A stretch of DNA of 64,000 nt from Neoechinorhynchus agilis (GCA_051530055.1 CM121341.1:3941761-4005760); one strand, 5' to 3'. Shown: positions 1-12,720, counted from the first letter of the stretch. Notes: generated from the letters alone by a model not told the origin. Numbers and translations are program-made.

Positions 1-765
1 AGAAACTACATGTCTCACTTTTTCGGGTGCGAAGAATGCGTTCAGCACTTTTTGGAAGGGACACAACAATATATTGGTCGCATTGAGAATGGAGACGATC
101 TTGTATTGATTTTATGGAAGGGTTAGTATTGTATTCAAAGTGGTTTTCTCGTAATTCTCGGCTTAAAAAAGGGCATAACCGAGCCAATGGATTTTTAAGT
201 GGAGCATTAACAGAAGATCCTTACGCACCTAAATGCCAGTTTCCAAATCGAATCGATTGTCCTCGATGCCGAGATTCTAAAGGTCAATGGATTGAATCTG
301 AAGTACTGAAGTTTCTCAAATACCATTATTCAAACATCGATTCCAGTGCTCTAGACAACGACCGAACTGTGATTAAGCAACTAAGAATGAAAGGAATTGT
401 AACGCGTAGTCCGTGGATCGATCTCAACCTACAACAGAGTAAGAAAAACTCAAAAGTGTCTAATGGTCAGAAGCACTCTTCCGCTAACCGTTTGCGTATT
501 CGGTCTGAGCGTTGTCTTGGTAGTCAATTGACTTCCAATTCAACTGATCAGTCCTCTCGTGAATACGCTGATGGTAGGAAGAGTGCCACTTATGATACGA
601 AGACATACGCCAATCAAAGAGGATTTTCCTCTTACTAACGCCTTCGGCTATTTTATGGTAAAATTTCAATTCATTTGCATAGTGGCGTGTGCGGTGATTT
701 TCTTTTCCTATCTTTTTAAACTGAACCTTAGAAGACGTGCTAGATTGTTCAAAACTACACTTTGA
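1..765 (+). CDS. QSOX: 3' part of quiescin sulfhydryl oxidase (Erv/ALR domain plus C-terminal TM helix); exons <1-121, 172-573, 620-765
   Basis: Spliced translation gives NYMSHFFGCEECVQHF...LILWK/GHNRANGFLSGALTEDPYAPKCQFPNRIDCPRC...FLKYHYS, matching the QSOX HFFGCxxC and WxxHNxxNxxL...EDPxxPKxQxP motifs. GT-AG introns 122-171 and 574-619 restore the frame and add a hydrophobic helix plus basic tail. Confidence 0.9.
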
Positions 766-870
766 ATGTGAGAATTTGAAAAAAAAGAGTACACATTTTG
801 TATTATTGGGACGTATTCACAAACACTCGTTGTCTTTACAGATTAATGTTAAAAAAGAAGCACAAATTCA

Positions 871-1926
871 TCAAGATACATTAGTGCGATCATCCCACAC
901 TACCTTATCAATTGATCGCATCAGTCGACTTGCGGAACGCATTGTGTGAAACAGAAGCATATCTGGATCATCCAACAATCCGGTGCTCCAATGCTGAATC
1001 GCTCTAATCATATTTTCACACATTTCTCGAGTTATTGTTCGAATGTGACCGTCCATAGACCAGTAATTCTCAGCTAACAGTGCCAAATCACGGACTTCTC
1101 TTGTGTATTCAATAAGCAATGCTTGTTGATTACAGCTGTCAGCGCATTTAAAGCCGTTGGAACAAGTTTTTTTCGGAATTTCGTTATGGAAAGCTAAAAA
1201 ATATCCATTGAATAATTTCAAAATATTTAATTTAGGTTTCAGAGCCCAAACTTGAGATCGAAAACCGCTTAGTACGTTTAAATGAGGTTAGTTTTCAAAT
1301 TAAAGAATGGAATACGAACGTCAGTCTGATTTGTATAAACTTTTGTATGAAAAAATGCAACCTTCATTGATAGTTATGGCGTTCCATGGGCCTTGTTTCA
1401 AGTACAATCTTGGCACATTACCTCCTAGCAGACATTTTCTCCGTCGCTCAGTAAAAGCTGTCACTTCATCAGGACATCTCTTGTCGAACCCAGGAAAAAT
1501 TTCGATGTCTCAAGGTTGCATTAGAAAAGCTTCCTAAACCCCAGGTTTAAATACTGGCATCTGACGTTAGGACAAGCTTCAAATGACTCATAAATGGTTT
1601 GCAATTTGACGACTTTACTCCTGACAAAAGTCCTCTCCTCGAATGTTATCATATGACAAATACAGTGAGCACTTTCTTTACCTTCGTGACTACGGACGAT
1701 TGTATGGCTCGTTGTTGTGGAGTTAGGTCCTAAATAAATTGGCGTGAGCATTTGAGAGAATCTTCGTTTGGAGAGCAATTACTCCGGCACACGTTTCCCT
1801 TCGGGACACACTCGTTTCCCGTGCCGCCACGAAAACACTGTTGTTCAATGTGTCGAAGCACGAAATCGCGAATAAAAAGGAGACGCACACACACAATACC
1901 TTTGTTGCAGATGAAATGGCGAGCAA
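871..1926 (-). CDS. probable multi-exon gene of unknown function, tail-to-tail with QSOX
   Basis: Several consecutive minus-strand open segments with protein-like, Cys-containing sequence (871-1221, about 1370-1510, 1521-1778, 1723-1926). Exon structure not resolved and no domain recognised. Confidence 0.3.
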
Positions 1927-2583
1927 ACTCGAAGAAGTTGAATTTACATCGATTTCTAAGAATCATCCTGCGATTTTTGGGGATAAAGGAGGCTTGGTGA
2001 TCTTTAGTACCTGCGGAGTTTGACAACATATGTCTTCAAGAAGACAGGTAAAGAGACCAGGATTTGTAAAGGAACACATAGAAGATTCTGTAGTGATTGG
2101 TTTTCGGAAAATGGTACACTGGACGCGTCTCTAAAATGTTCGCGGACAATCTGTCTAGGCGACGCTTATAAACATACAACACCAACTTTGTGGTTCGCTA
2201 ACATAATTGCCATTGAACATGAACCAAACTAACGACATAATAAGAATCGGATTCGCCTTTTACGCTCCGATAAGATCAAGGCGCTCGTTCCCGATATTAT
2301 CGGTGCTCTGATTTGGTTCACTGGCTAAAAATTGTGCAATGTGGAAACGATTCACGGGCTCTCCATCTTACGCGATATCGCTGTCTAATAATTTCCGATT
2401 ATGCAAGAAATGCGGGGAATTGGTTTGTCAACATTTTGATAGACGATCTTTCTCAAGCTTTCACATTTGATCACTCTGACAAAGCTGTAGTCTGCTTCTA
2501 TATTTTCCCTGACCAGTATTAAGATCAATCTACTGTAAGTGTACTAAACAATACAGCATTTTGGACAGTCCACCAATAAAGTA

Positions 2584-2694
2584 TTTATTAAAGACTTTTC
2601 GAACCTCGTCTTTTTTTAGAACTGATGATGATCTCAACGAGGTTCGAATAACGTATTCAATAGAAGAAACTTATTAAGACTTCTAAATAACACT
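2584..2694. repeat. degenerate palindromic mini-element carrying a hammerhead-like motif
   Basis: CTGATGA at 2622-2628 followed by ...ACGAGGTTCGAATAACGT, with an inverted partial arm at 2584-2610. Same family as 2977-3157. Confidence 0.65.
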
Positions 2695-2976
2695 TCGGAC
2701 AGTATCTTAAAAATGTCAGCTAAAGTTCAAACCCGATTGAGATCTAAGAGTTGTCAAGCCATCTATTATAAGCAGCATTGGGTCGTCTTGAACGCTCGGT
2801 TGCCTTTTATACGTCAGGCGTGGTACAAGAATGGAATTATTGTTGAAAAGATAATTTTCATTGTTATTTGTTGATAGGAGAGATAAATGAAATTTATTTA
2901 AAAACTTACAAGCAATCGCTGAAGAAGATCCGAGATAGTGGATCGAAATATCCAATGAAAATCTTAATTTCAAAAT

Positions 2977-3157
2977 GGAATTATTGTTTAGAAGTCTACA
3001 CCCGCGGTAAATGATTATTTCGATTAAAAACGTGCGTCGAACCTCGTCAGGTTCATTACTAACAAACAAACTGATGATGAACCCAACGAGGTTCAAATAA
3101 CGTCTTTAATAACTATAATCATTTACCACGGGTGAAGACTTCTAAACAATAATTCTC
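2977..3157. repeat. palindromic mini-element: two inverted ~80-bp arms derived from a PLE terminal repeat with a hammerhead motif
   Basis: 2977-3056 and 3076-3157 are imperfect reverse complements. CTGATGATGAACCCAACGAGGTTC at 3071. Confidence 0.8.
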
Positions 3158-4446
3158 TATTCATATTGCCCGGTGCATTTTGTGGTATAAGAATGTTTCA
3201 AGTATTGTCGCGATCTAAACACTGAAAATAATACGAAGTCGGGCATTCACAAGTTTAACAAGCGTTTTTGTATACTTGTTTTAATGAGTCGTAGATTCAA
3301 CTTTGTCCAAATCAGTCGTTTATTTTGATAATTCAATCTTCTTAGGCTTAAAAACATTGATAGTTGACGTGGCCTTGAAAATTCTATATAATTGATATAC
3401 TCAAGTCTGAACAAATTATATGCAATCGATTTGGAAACTAGGATTCATGTGTAGTTTGATCATTACAGACTAAGATACTTGTTTAAAAAGTTGATTAAAA
3501 TAAAAATAATGGTAAACTACAGTTAAAAATAGAAAATATACTTAGCGATTTACGCAAAGATGAAAATTCACCGATTTACTTTCATATTTGAAACATTATC
3601 CTTTGCCGAGTCTCGATTTTTCATTTAATCTTTATCTAATGAGGGCTTTGTTATAAAATAAATTGAATATTAATTAAATGTCAGAGTAAAAGAGTTTAAT
3701 GAATGGATAGTTGTGATACTCAAATGTGTGACATTAATAAAATATGTTATTTGATAAAAAAAAGATTGAAAATTCGATATTTTTTAGCTGACCTCTAACG
3801 AATTCGTCCCAGACTAAGATGAGATTGAAGAAGCTGATGAAAGAAGATGATAGGGTGAGTAATTTGAAAATATTGAACTGTACAAGAGTACTCGGCTTAA
3901 ACTTCCCGGCCTCAAAAAGGCGAGTATTGCTAAACTCTTTACTCGGCTCAACCTTTAGAAAGCTGACGATGGTACCTGTGATGAAGATGCTAACGGCAGG
4001 GTCACTATGTTTTTTTTGGTAGAGGCCGTCCACCGGAGCCCAGAGTGGATTTCGCCAAATGGTTCATTCGAAAGTACCAGAATATCCTATCTTGATTTGA
4101 TGAAAATTTACATACTAAAAATATAGACATATCCTGTACCAATCTCTTCAGACCTCGATGCTTGTCAGCAGATCCAGATTTGCAAAATTTTGAAGGAAAT
4201 GCAGCGAGCAAACTAAGCCATACTATGTCGGGCATTGGGAAACTAGCAATTTGTTCAAGCGTATAAAAGATTGAACTTCGTTATTGTTTTCCCTAATTTT
4301 TATTATTGGGCCACTAAGTGTGCCGGTTAGTTAACCAATCTTTTGTTATTTTATTGCTAGTTTTTCATGCCAAGGATCGACTAAGGCCAACGGACATAAA
4401 TAAATAGCTAAACTGATGCACCTATTAGTCCACACCAAGAAAGGTA

Positions 4447-5346
4447 CAGTCGATTCCGCTTAATTGGGACACATCGGGACCGAGGCTTTTTGTCCCAAAT
4501 AAGCGGCTGTCCCGATTAAGCGAAGTTCACTTTTAAAGAAATTAATTTGATTGGTTTTGGGAAACACACAAAATTAAACAATGCATATTTTTCAATAATT
4601 TTATTTTGGTACATAATATATATTATGAATATGTATTATAAATCCAAAAAAAAATCCTTAATAAAATAATTGGTAGATACATACTAATTCAATGGAAAAA
4701 TGAGTCAAGTGTAGTCTGTCTTTTGTTTTTGTGGCAGTTGGCCCTGAATGTCCTTCTTGTAATTCGAATTCCTTACGCAGTTGACTTTCTTGTCGTAAGA
4801 CACGCGATATAGTAGATTTTGGTACACCAGTTATCTCAGCGAGCTGACGATGGCTTTTTATTTTATCAAGCAAGGCAATTTTATTGGTAAGTGACAAATC
4901 GTTCCTTGGCATTTTAGAAAGGGTAATTTTTTTTAAAAATACAATTGACAAAAAATAGCTTCACGCGTTGTTCACGCGGGAGGTGATTGGCAATCGAATG
5001 ACCGCTGCACCGGCTCGGATGTAAGAAATTACAAATGTGGATATGAGGCCGCCACGGCTTTATAAAACGCGGGAGTCTGGTTCAGAAAGGAGCCGTCTTT
5101 CTGGCTTTCCCGGGATTAGGAGGGGGTTGGTTTGTTTTTCCGCTGCAGCGGCTCGGTTAAACCAAAACTCAGTAAAAACAAAATCAATTAATAGATACTC
5201 TACTGTACTAAAATCTTAAATTTACTGTCCCAACTAAATATACAAATTTACTATTGGTTTCTTGGTTTGGTTTCCGTTCTTTGAGATTTGTCCCAATTAA
5301 GCGGATGTCCCGATTAAGCGGTGTCCCAATTAAGCGGAATCCACTG
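4447..5346 (-). mobile_element. internally deleted Tigger/pogo DNA transposon
   Basis: 26-bp TIRs CAGT(C/G)GATTCCGCTTAATTGGGACAC with 1 mismatch, flanking TA dinucleotides at 4445-46 and 5347-48, subterminal GTCCC(A/G)ATTAAGCGG repeats, and a residual CENP-B/psq HTH ORF (LSLTNKIALLDKIK...RQLAEITGVPKSTISRVLRQ). Confidence 0.92.
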
Positions 5347-5577
5347 TATTTGCAAAATTTCAAAGTTTCTTAGAAGCGTCAGAAAAGTACTCGGCTTGAC
5401 TCAAATTTTTTAAGTTAAAAGCAATTAATCGTTTTACTGAACCATCACATACTAAAAATTAAATGTAGATTTTTTAACCTATAATATTCATTTTCGTTCT
5501 TGATTTGTATATTTATCCTGAAAAAACTGATTCTTTTATTTTTACAAAGTAAAATGACGAAGTGAAATTTGTATCAG

Positions 5578-6765
5578 TCAAACGGCATCAGCAGCTTCTT
5601 TTGATCGTTTTATGAGTCTTCTATTTTTTGCCCTGCGGTTCTGAAACCAAATTTTGATTTGTCTCTGAGTTAAATTTAGTTGATAAGAAAGTTCCGCTTT
5701 TCGTTCCGCTGTGATGTAATCGTTTCTCACGAATTCCGCTTCGAGAGCATGTTTTACCAAATCATCGTAAGGAGTGCGGTACCGACCATTTGTTCGGACT
5801 CGATCTAAACAATCGATAAAGATCGTTAGCTAATGTTTCAATAGGAGAAAAAGGTTTTAGATTTCTTTCTAATGGTCAAGTATGATCGGGGTGTGGCATA
5901 CGGAATGGTAAGCAAATACCTAAATGCGCATTCCATATGTCATCCATCAACTCCACTTCAAGCTTCAATTTCACGCTGAGCAATAAAATGGGTGGGCGTG
6001 GTAATTTTAAAAATTTTATCCAATTGATCCATGGATACCAATTGGGTGAATCAATTATGAAGGAGAATTTTAATCAGATGATGGAAATGCATTTGATGCA
6101 TCTTAAATAATTTCTCAGCTTACCATTTTTGCTATTTGAAGAAACATTTATTGGTGCGTTTTGAATTTTAATTTGTTTTGGTTGACGCTGGTAGTCAAAT
6201 GAACTTGGCTGCGTGGGATATTCCCTTTTGCGATTAATAACTGGTAAATTGGAATTTGTCCCGAATTGGTAGCCTAAATGAGAATGAAGGGAAACTTTAA
6301 AAATAGGAAATTAAATAAAATCCATCTGGAACCAAATAGCCAAATTCCCACACTTTTATTCACCACGCCCACAACCACTTTTCAGAATGCACGCTGCGTG
6401 GATCACTTTTTAGGAAATAGCTTTCAGTTCACTTAACGATTGAAACGTTAAAAAGAATTTTCAAGCTTACCTTCGTGTAAAGCAGGCGTTTCCATATGAT
6501 TCTGCGCGTAATTGTAGCCTGGATGTTGTGTATAATGAGCTTGCGCAATATCTTGTCCGTTGTAATAGCCATTATGAAAATCGGAATATTGATTTTGATA
6601 ATACCAAGTTTGGTCCTCATGCGTCCAATGAGTTAAATTATTCGCATCGAAAGTTTGATGCGACTCGGTTGCGTGATTCATAAAATTATTGATCCGATTT
6701 TCTGTCCCATATGTACTTTGTTGGGCAAATTGCTCTTGAAACTCGTTCTGGTGGTAAGGATCCAT
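5578..6765 (-). CDS. Cdx: caudal/Cdx-like homeodomain transcription factor, 173 aa; exons 6765-6471 and 5804-5578
   Basis: Exon 2 reads [13 protein letters not shown]...[33 protein letters not shown], compared with Cdx KTRTKDKYRVVY...ITIRRKAELA...[18 protein letters not shown]. Phase-1 GT-AG intron just before the homeodomain; N/Q/Y/H-rich exon 1. Confidence 0.8.
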
Positions 6766-7848
6766 TTTAGTGCCAAATTGCAACGATGCAAATCGTGGAT
6801 GTTAGATTTCTAGAACTATAGAGATTCTGGTCTATGTTTGTAGTGCTGTAAAACCTCTAAGAGCAATTAGGATACAATGTAAACACGCCTTTGATTCTGA
6901 TTGGCTGCAGGTTATATTGAATTTTGAGGTTAGAATATAACGGATTTCCGTGATCATTGTGGCAATAAAAAAAATTAAGAATGGAAGGCGAGAGAGATAA
7001 TAATGCCCACATATATCGATGCGAAAAGCTGTTCATTTAGCACTACTTAGATTTTCTTAATAAAAGTAAGGATTTACCACATAAGTGTGACATTAAGGCT
7101 TGGTCAATTGAGAGCCGGAATCAGCGATACCAATGTTATCTTTAATCTTCATTGAGAGTACTTATTGATTTTTCACATAATTTTTTCATCAGCAAATTGG
7201 TGCAATTTTTCTTGCGTACGTTTAAATATTTAGGTAATTTTCGAATGAATTTCTTTATATAAATTTCAGGGGTTTGAATTCAGCAATTGCTAAAGTTTAT
7301 GACTTTATTATTCTTAGACGCAATTGATTTAAAAGCATTTTATTTGCGTCCGTCTATGCTCTTAGCATTGATCGTCGTATCCGCCAATAATACAATCGGA
7401 CCAAGATGTCGAAAGCACTTTTAGCGGTGCCGAATACAACCCTCCTGAGTATTACAGACCCACATTGTCTTTTCTTTAGCTTCATTACGCCGTGACTTAC
7501 TTCCCGTTACTGGTTGTAAAATTTACGACCTAAGAAGATTGAATATTGAATTGATTTTTGCGGGAAACAAGCGGCCAATTCATATTTTATCTGATCAACG
7601 AAATAAGGCTAAGAGGCGGTGTTTTAAAAATATTTACGACCTGCATTTAAATTATTTCTAATACTTCACCTACAAATATGTAATTATATCTTTCCTTATT
7701 AAATGACGGAGTTGGTAAAAATAGAATAAATGTTTTCGAAAACCCGTCGTAAAGGAGGCATAATCTTAATTAATTTTTTTTATAGTTGCATTATCTAAAG
7801 AGGGTCTAACTGGACTTTGATTCGCCAAGTGAAAAATGTCGGTATGTT

Positions 7849-8010
7849 TAGAAGTACCGGGCACTATTTTGGTCTTCACTCAGTAAATAATTTTTTATAA
7901 AAGACGCTCCGGACATCGTCTGGTTGAGAACTGATGATAAACCCGACGGGGATCGATAAGTCTTTAATAAAAAAATTATTTACTGGATTAAAACCTAAAT
8001 AATACTTCTA
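7849..8010. repeat. palindromic hammerhead-family mini-element
   Basis: Inverted arms (CAGTAAATAATTTTTTAT / ATAAAAAAATTATTTACTG) around CTGATGATAAACCCGACGGGG at 7931. Confidence 0.7.
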
Positions 8011-9790
8011 AGTAAATAAAAAAGGTGTAGGTAGTGGAACATCTGATAAAACAGCGCTTAAATTTCAATTTATTGTAAGATAAATTGCCCCCGTAGTTCG
8101 CATCAATCGATAAAAAATACTCTGTTAGAGATATAAATTTTTGGAGAGTGTGTAGCGCTTTTCTACTCTTTTAAAACTTTATTGAGCTGTAACTGAGAAT
8201 TCGCCAAAGTCAAAATAATCAAGTGATTGAAAACGCCTTGCTTATTATGCACTCGAATTTATGTTCAGCTTGCAATTCATTAAGTTCTTTCTAAATGCAA
8301 TTCGGCACCATTTCATGCATCCTTTATGTAAAGATTATTCAGGCAGGTTATTCGGCGAGTATTATCATCGTTTTTAATGCAATTTTAAATAAAGAAATAT
8401 TTAATTCACAAAAATAGGGTTTAAGGCGAGTATAAGTAAAACTGTATCAATATTGCATGTGAGCTATGTTGCTTAGATTGTTGTAAGGAAATTTTTCATA
8501 TATATGTATTTTTTAGTGATGCGAAGAATAGATATTGATTTATTAATTCCCAATATTTCGCTGTCTCGTCGAACTTCTTCAGGTCTAAAAGGTAGTCTGT
8601 AATCCGCCTTTGTTAAACTTGAGTGTTGCTTTAAAAAGGAATCCGCCGGGCTCTTAAATTTAAATAAAAAATCCTACATTTAGCCAAATTTATACCTATT
8701 TTAGTAAATAAATCTTACATTCGCTGGAAAATTCTTTTCTTATCTAGCCGGTATGTTATACTAAAATCGCATTTACTGTAAAAACTGATTTGTTGAATTC
8801 ACTTTTACTTTAAAATGCATACAGTTGGACATCTCAAATAGCAATCATAATAGCACTTTCAACAGAAATAGATGTATTCATGGAAATATAATTCTATAAA
8901 ATTATTTAATTGAAATTCGTTATGAATCTCATGTATTCGCATCATCTAATTCTTTTGTCGATGGATGATCAACTATTATGCCTTTTAATCTGCCGCAATT
9001 TAGTTATTTAAAATGCGAATTCTTTAAAATTCATGCAGCCCTCGCGTTTCTCTTTAACTTTTGCCAATGACGCGACGAAGTTTGATTATGATAGTCATTT
9101 CAGTCAATAAATTGAGAGAAGCAAAATTTATTGGAAACCAGCAATCGTAGTGGAGTAAAGAAGTTTACCTGGGACGACGATTTTATTCCCGAATGATGCA
9201 TGGCGCCGGGTGAAATCGACGAAAATGAAATGGAGCTTTGAGTGTATTGACTTTAAAGTTCTTTGACTGCCTTACGAGAGAACCTCGTTTTTTATGATTG
9301 GAGATGACTTAAAAAATCTGTGAGACTGCAACTTAAATATAGTTGTTTCTTCTTTCTAGTAAATAGTATAAAGTATTTTACGACATTGAGAATACAGAAT
9401 TCGAAGTTGTGCAAATGTTTACTTCAAATTTCTTTCTTTTGGAAATAATATTAAAGTAAAAGATTGTAAAATTTACAGCCTATGAAAATCACGAATTAAG
9501 TTAATTTCACGGATAAATGAACGAGCCCTTAAAACATTCGTCCAATCGGACAATGCTGTTTTGTTGGATTGCATTCTTACTGAAAATTCAACCAATAACA
9601 TTCTAGGATAAAAGAAGAGTTTTCGTCATTATCAAAGTTAAAAATAGTGAAAGGTCAAGATAATTTGATTTGCTAACAATCGATAAAAATAATGAAATTT
9701 TAAATTGTATGCGTGTTCCTCGATTGCTTTACGGAATATTAAAAACAAGGATGTAATGTGTCAATATGTGAGGTACCGGGGAATGTGATT

Positions 9791-9959
9791 GGAATTATTG
9801 TTAAGGTCTTCACTCGGTAAATGATTATTTATTAAACTCGTTCGTCGAACCTCGTCGGGTTCATCTACTTGTATTTTAGAACTGATTATGAATCCGACGA
9901 GGTTCGAAAAGTCTTTAATAAATAATCAATTATCGCGTGTAGACATAAACAATAATTCC
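9791..9959. repeat. palindromic hammerhead-family mini-element
   Basis: ~75-bp inverted arms GGAATTATTG...GAACCTCGTCGGGTTCAT / ATGAATCCGACGAGGTTCGAAA...CAATAATTCC. Confidence 0.8.
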
Positions 9960-10179
9960 AAGGATGTAATAATATGGTCAAAACACTTTAATCCAAATCC
10001 CTTGTGAAATTCCGTTTATTTGTCACATAGAAGGCGATTAACGAAGAATTATCGAACAATTTTTTTATTTTTTTTACAAATTTTTGCCCTTCCACACTCA
10101 CGCAGTGTTCAATTGATTGAAATTCCCATTGCTTTTTTCACGGAATATTTCGATCGTCACAGTTAATCAGTTCAATAGT

Positions 10180-11990
10180 TGGACGTATCATCGTCGATAC
10201 GCCGATTTGCAGGAAAAAATTCTGTAAACGTATTACAGAGAAAACCGGGCTGCAACTTCGCCAGTCCAACTGGGTTGCTGCACATCCTGCGAGGCGGAAG
10301 CTATTGTCAACGCGCTCCGAAACTTTACAACGAAGAGTTCAGAGCCGTTCGTGATTCTTAAGTGTGATTTTCAGAATGCCCTTAACTCTCTCAATAGAGA
10401 AATCATGTTTTGCGCAATTGTGGATCACGCACCAGAAGCCTTCCAGTATTTTCTCAATGCCTACGGGACGGCGACTCCTTTGCTTTTCGAAGACCACCTC
10501 ATTTGGTCCGAAATAGAAGTGCAGCAAGGAGATCCCCTCGGTCCAATCGCATTCTCCCTAACAGTAAATCCAATAGCGTACTCTCTCCATTCCAGCTTCA
10601 ATGCTTGGTACTTGGATGATGCTACGCTGGGAGGTGATCAGTCCGTTGTACTGCGAGAATGGGCATTGAGCTTAATGCTGTTAATGGATGGGTTCGAGGC
10701 CGCAGCTCCAGGTCTGAAACTCGTGACTCGGGAACAACTCAGCCTCCTGGGCAGTTGCGTCTTCGATTCAAATGTGGAAGATGAGATCCGTCATATCGTA
10801 CCGAAACTTTCGTTGCTGTGCGATAAGGTGGGCGCTCTCTCGGCTCATGAAGCCTTGTTTCTCATAAAGAACGCGCTCTTCATCCCCAAATTATTGTACA
10901 AGGTTCGCACAGCAACATTCTTCAAACATAAGGAAGGATTGGCTAAGCTCGACGACCAGGTGAGTTCTTGTCTCGAGCGTATTTTAAATGTCCAGCTCTC
11001 AGATGAGGCGTGGCGACAAGCTTCTTTGCCTGTGTCATCTGGGGGATTGGGCATTGGGGCGATAGTAAACCTTGCCTTGCCAGCCTTTCTTGGATTGTAT
11101 GAGGACAGCAGACAGGCGCTAACTATGTTCCCGTGAATGTGCTCAGACAGTCGATCTCGGACAGACCTCTCGTCGCGAGAGCTCACAGCTCTCTGCTTTC
11201 AGGTTCTCGCGATGGGGTCGTCCGAGCTAGAATGTTGGCAGTTTCGACACGAGAATTAGGGCGTGGTTGGAGGCTGTTCCTCTGGCATCTGTGGGAACTC
11301 TTCTCACTGATGAGGTAACGAGGATCGCAGTGTCCTTAAGACATGGTCTCCCGATATGCACGCCTCATCGCTGTCGATGTCGGTCTTTGGTTGATGATTT
11401 CGGGCGACACGGTCTCGTTTGCCGAAAGTCAGAAGGAAGGTTCTCACGCCATTCTGAAATCAATAACGTAATTTCTCGGACGTTGAGAACGGCGAACTTC
11501 CCGAACATCCTGGAACCCGCCCACCTCTGTAGACTAGACGGCAGTAGGCCAGATGGAATTTCGGTCTTCCCGTGGCGGGAGGGCAAATGCCTTCCCTGGG
11601 ACGCCACGTGTGTGGATACCCTCGCAGCCAGCAACATCCCCTACTCCCTCGAAATCGCCGGTGGTGCCGCCAGTTCAGCGGAAGGGAGGAAGGTACGAAA
11701 ATATATTGATTTAGCAAGGGGCCACTATTTTGTCCCCTTCAGAGTAGAGACGCATCGAACGCTTGGCAGCTCGGCACTCTCTCTGCTCCAGGATCTCTCG
11801 AAGAAATTGAGAGAGGCAACCGGAGACTCAAGAGCAGGCGTATTCGTTCGACAAAATATCTCGCTCGCAGTACAACGAGGCAATGCTGCTAGCGTGATAG
11901 CGACAGCCGAGGAAGGAGAGAACGCAAGATTTTGCGGACGGTGGTGATTGCACGTTTTGTACTTTATTATTTTAAAACTTGTTGTATTAT
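10180..11990 (+). mobile_element. 5'-truncated CRE-like non-LTR retrotransposon (RT plus restriction-like endonuclease), frameshifted
   Basis: RT motifs KCDFQNALNSLNRE, VQQGDPLGP, WYLDDATL, GGLGI. C-terminal zinc finger and RLE motifs CRCR...HGLVC...RHSEIN...RPDGI...WDATC...RKVRKY...SLAVQRGNA. Confidence 0.9.
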
Positions 11991-12229
11991 AAAAATTTGA
12001 AAAAATTGTACATTTTATATATCGCATACAAAACAATATTATTTTTATTAATTACGGGACTGTTTTTGTTTGTTTATTATAATCTTTGTGAGGCGAGTCT
12101 CATTTTTGAAAGCGACAAGCGTAAGTTATCAATCGCCTAAAATCTACACGTAGTACTAAGATTAAGTTTAAAGTTCGCTTTATTCCCTTTAACTGTTTCA
12201 ACCTGGCCAATGAATATGGCCGTCATTAT

Positions 12230-12720
12230 CACACGATCCCATTTGGATTCACTTCGGGCCAAAATGGTGGCATGATGTCCAGTAATTGGCGTTGTTATGT
12301 AAATTGTCTCAGAACATATTTATATTCTTTTTCTCCTTTCCAAATTATTTGTTTTATCCTAAATAGCATTTACAACATTCGGTGCAGAGGTCCTGTTTCT
12401 AAACCATGGAGCTTACGCAGCTCATTTAATCAGATTGTCAGTTTTGACTCCTGGCGCACTTTTGCTTCCATAGAAGAGCCGGCAGTTAGCTCTTCTTATC
12501 ACATAGATTGGATAACCTTTTTCTTTGAGCATTTTCCTAAGAAAACTTTAACTCATTATTGAGAGAATCTTGGTTTTAGCAATAGTTGTAGGCACGATCA
12601 AACAGCGATTTAATCCTGGCCATTTTATACTTAATTGGTGCCATTGTGATGACTATAATGGTAAATCGCTGACGAGGAAGGCCGTTGAAACGATGGGTGG
12701 ATTCCTGAAAACAGGATAAA
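12230..12720 (-). mobile_element. decayed Penelope-like element fragment (RT thumb region)
   Basis: KMARIKSLFDRAYNYC followed by NELKFLRKML..KGYP, typical of the PLE post-RT region; many stops. Confidence 0.6.

Noticed and set aside
3734-4260. Overlapping short ORFs, one with a KPYYVG..LFKRIK stretch reminiscent of GIY-YIG
   Set aside because: Too degraded to assign, with multiple stops in all frames.
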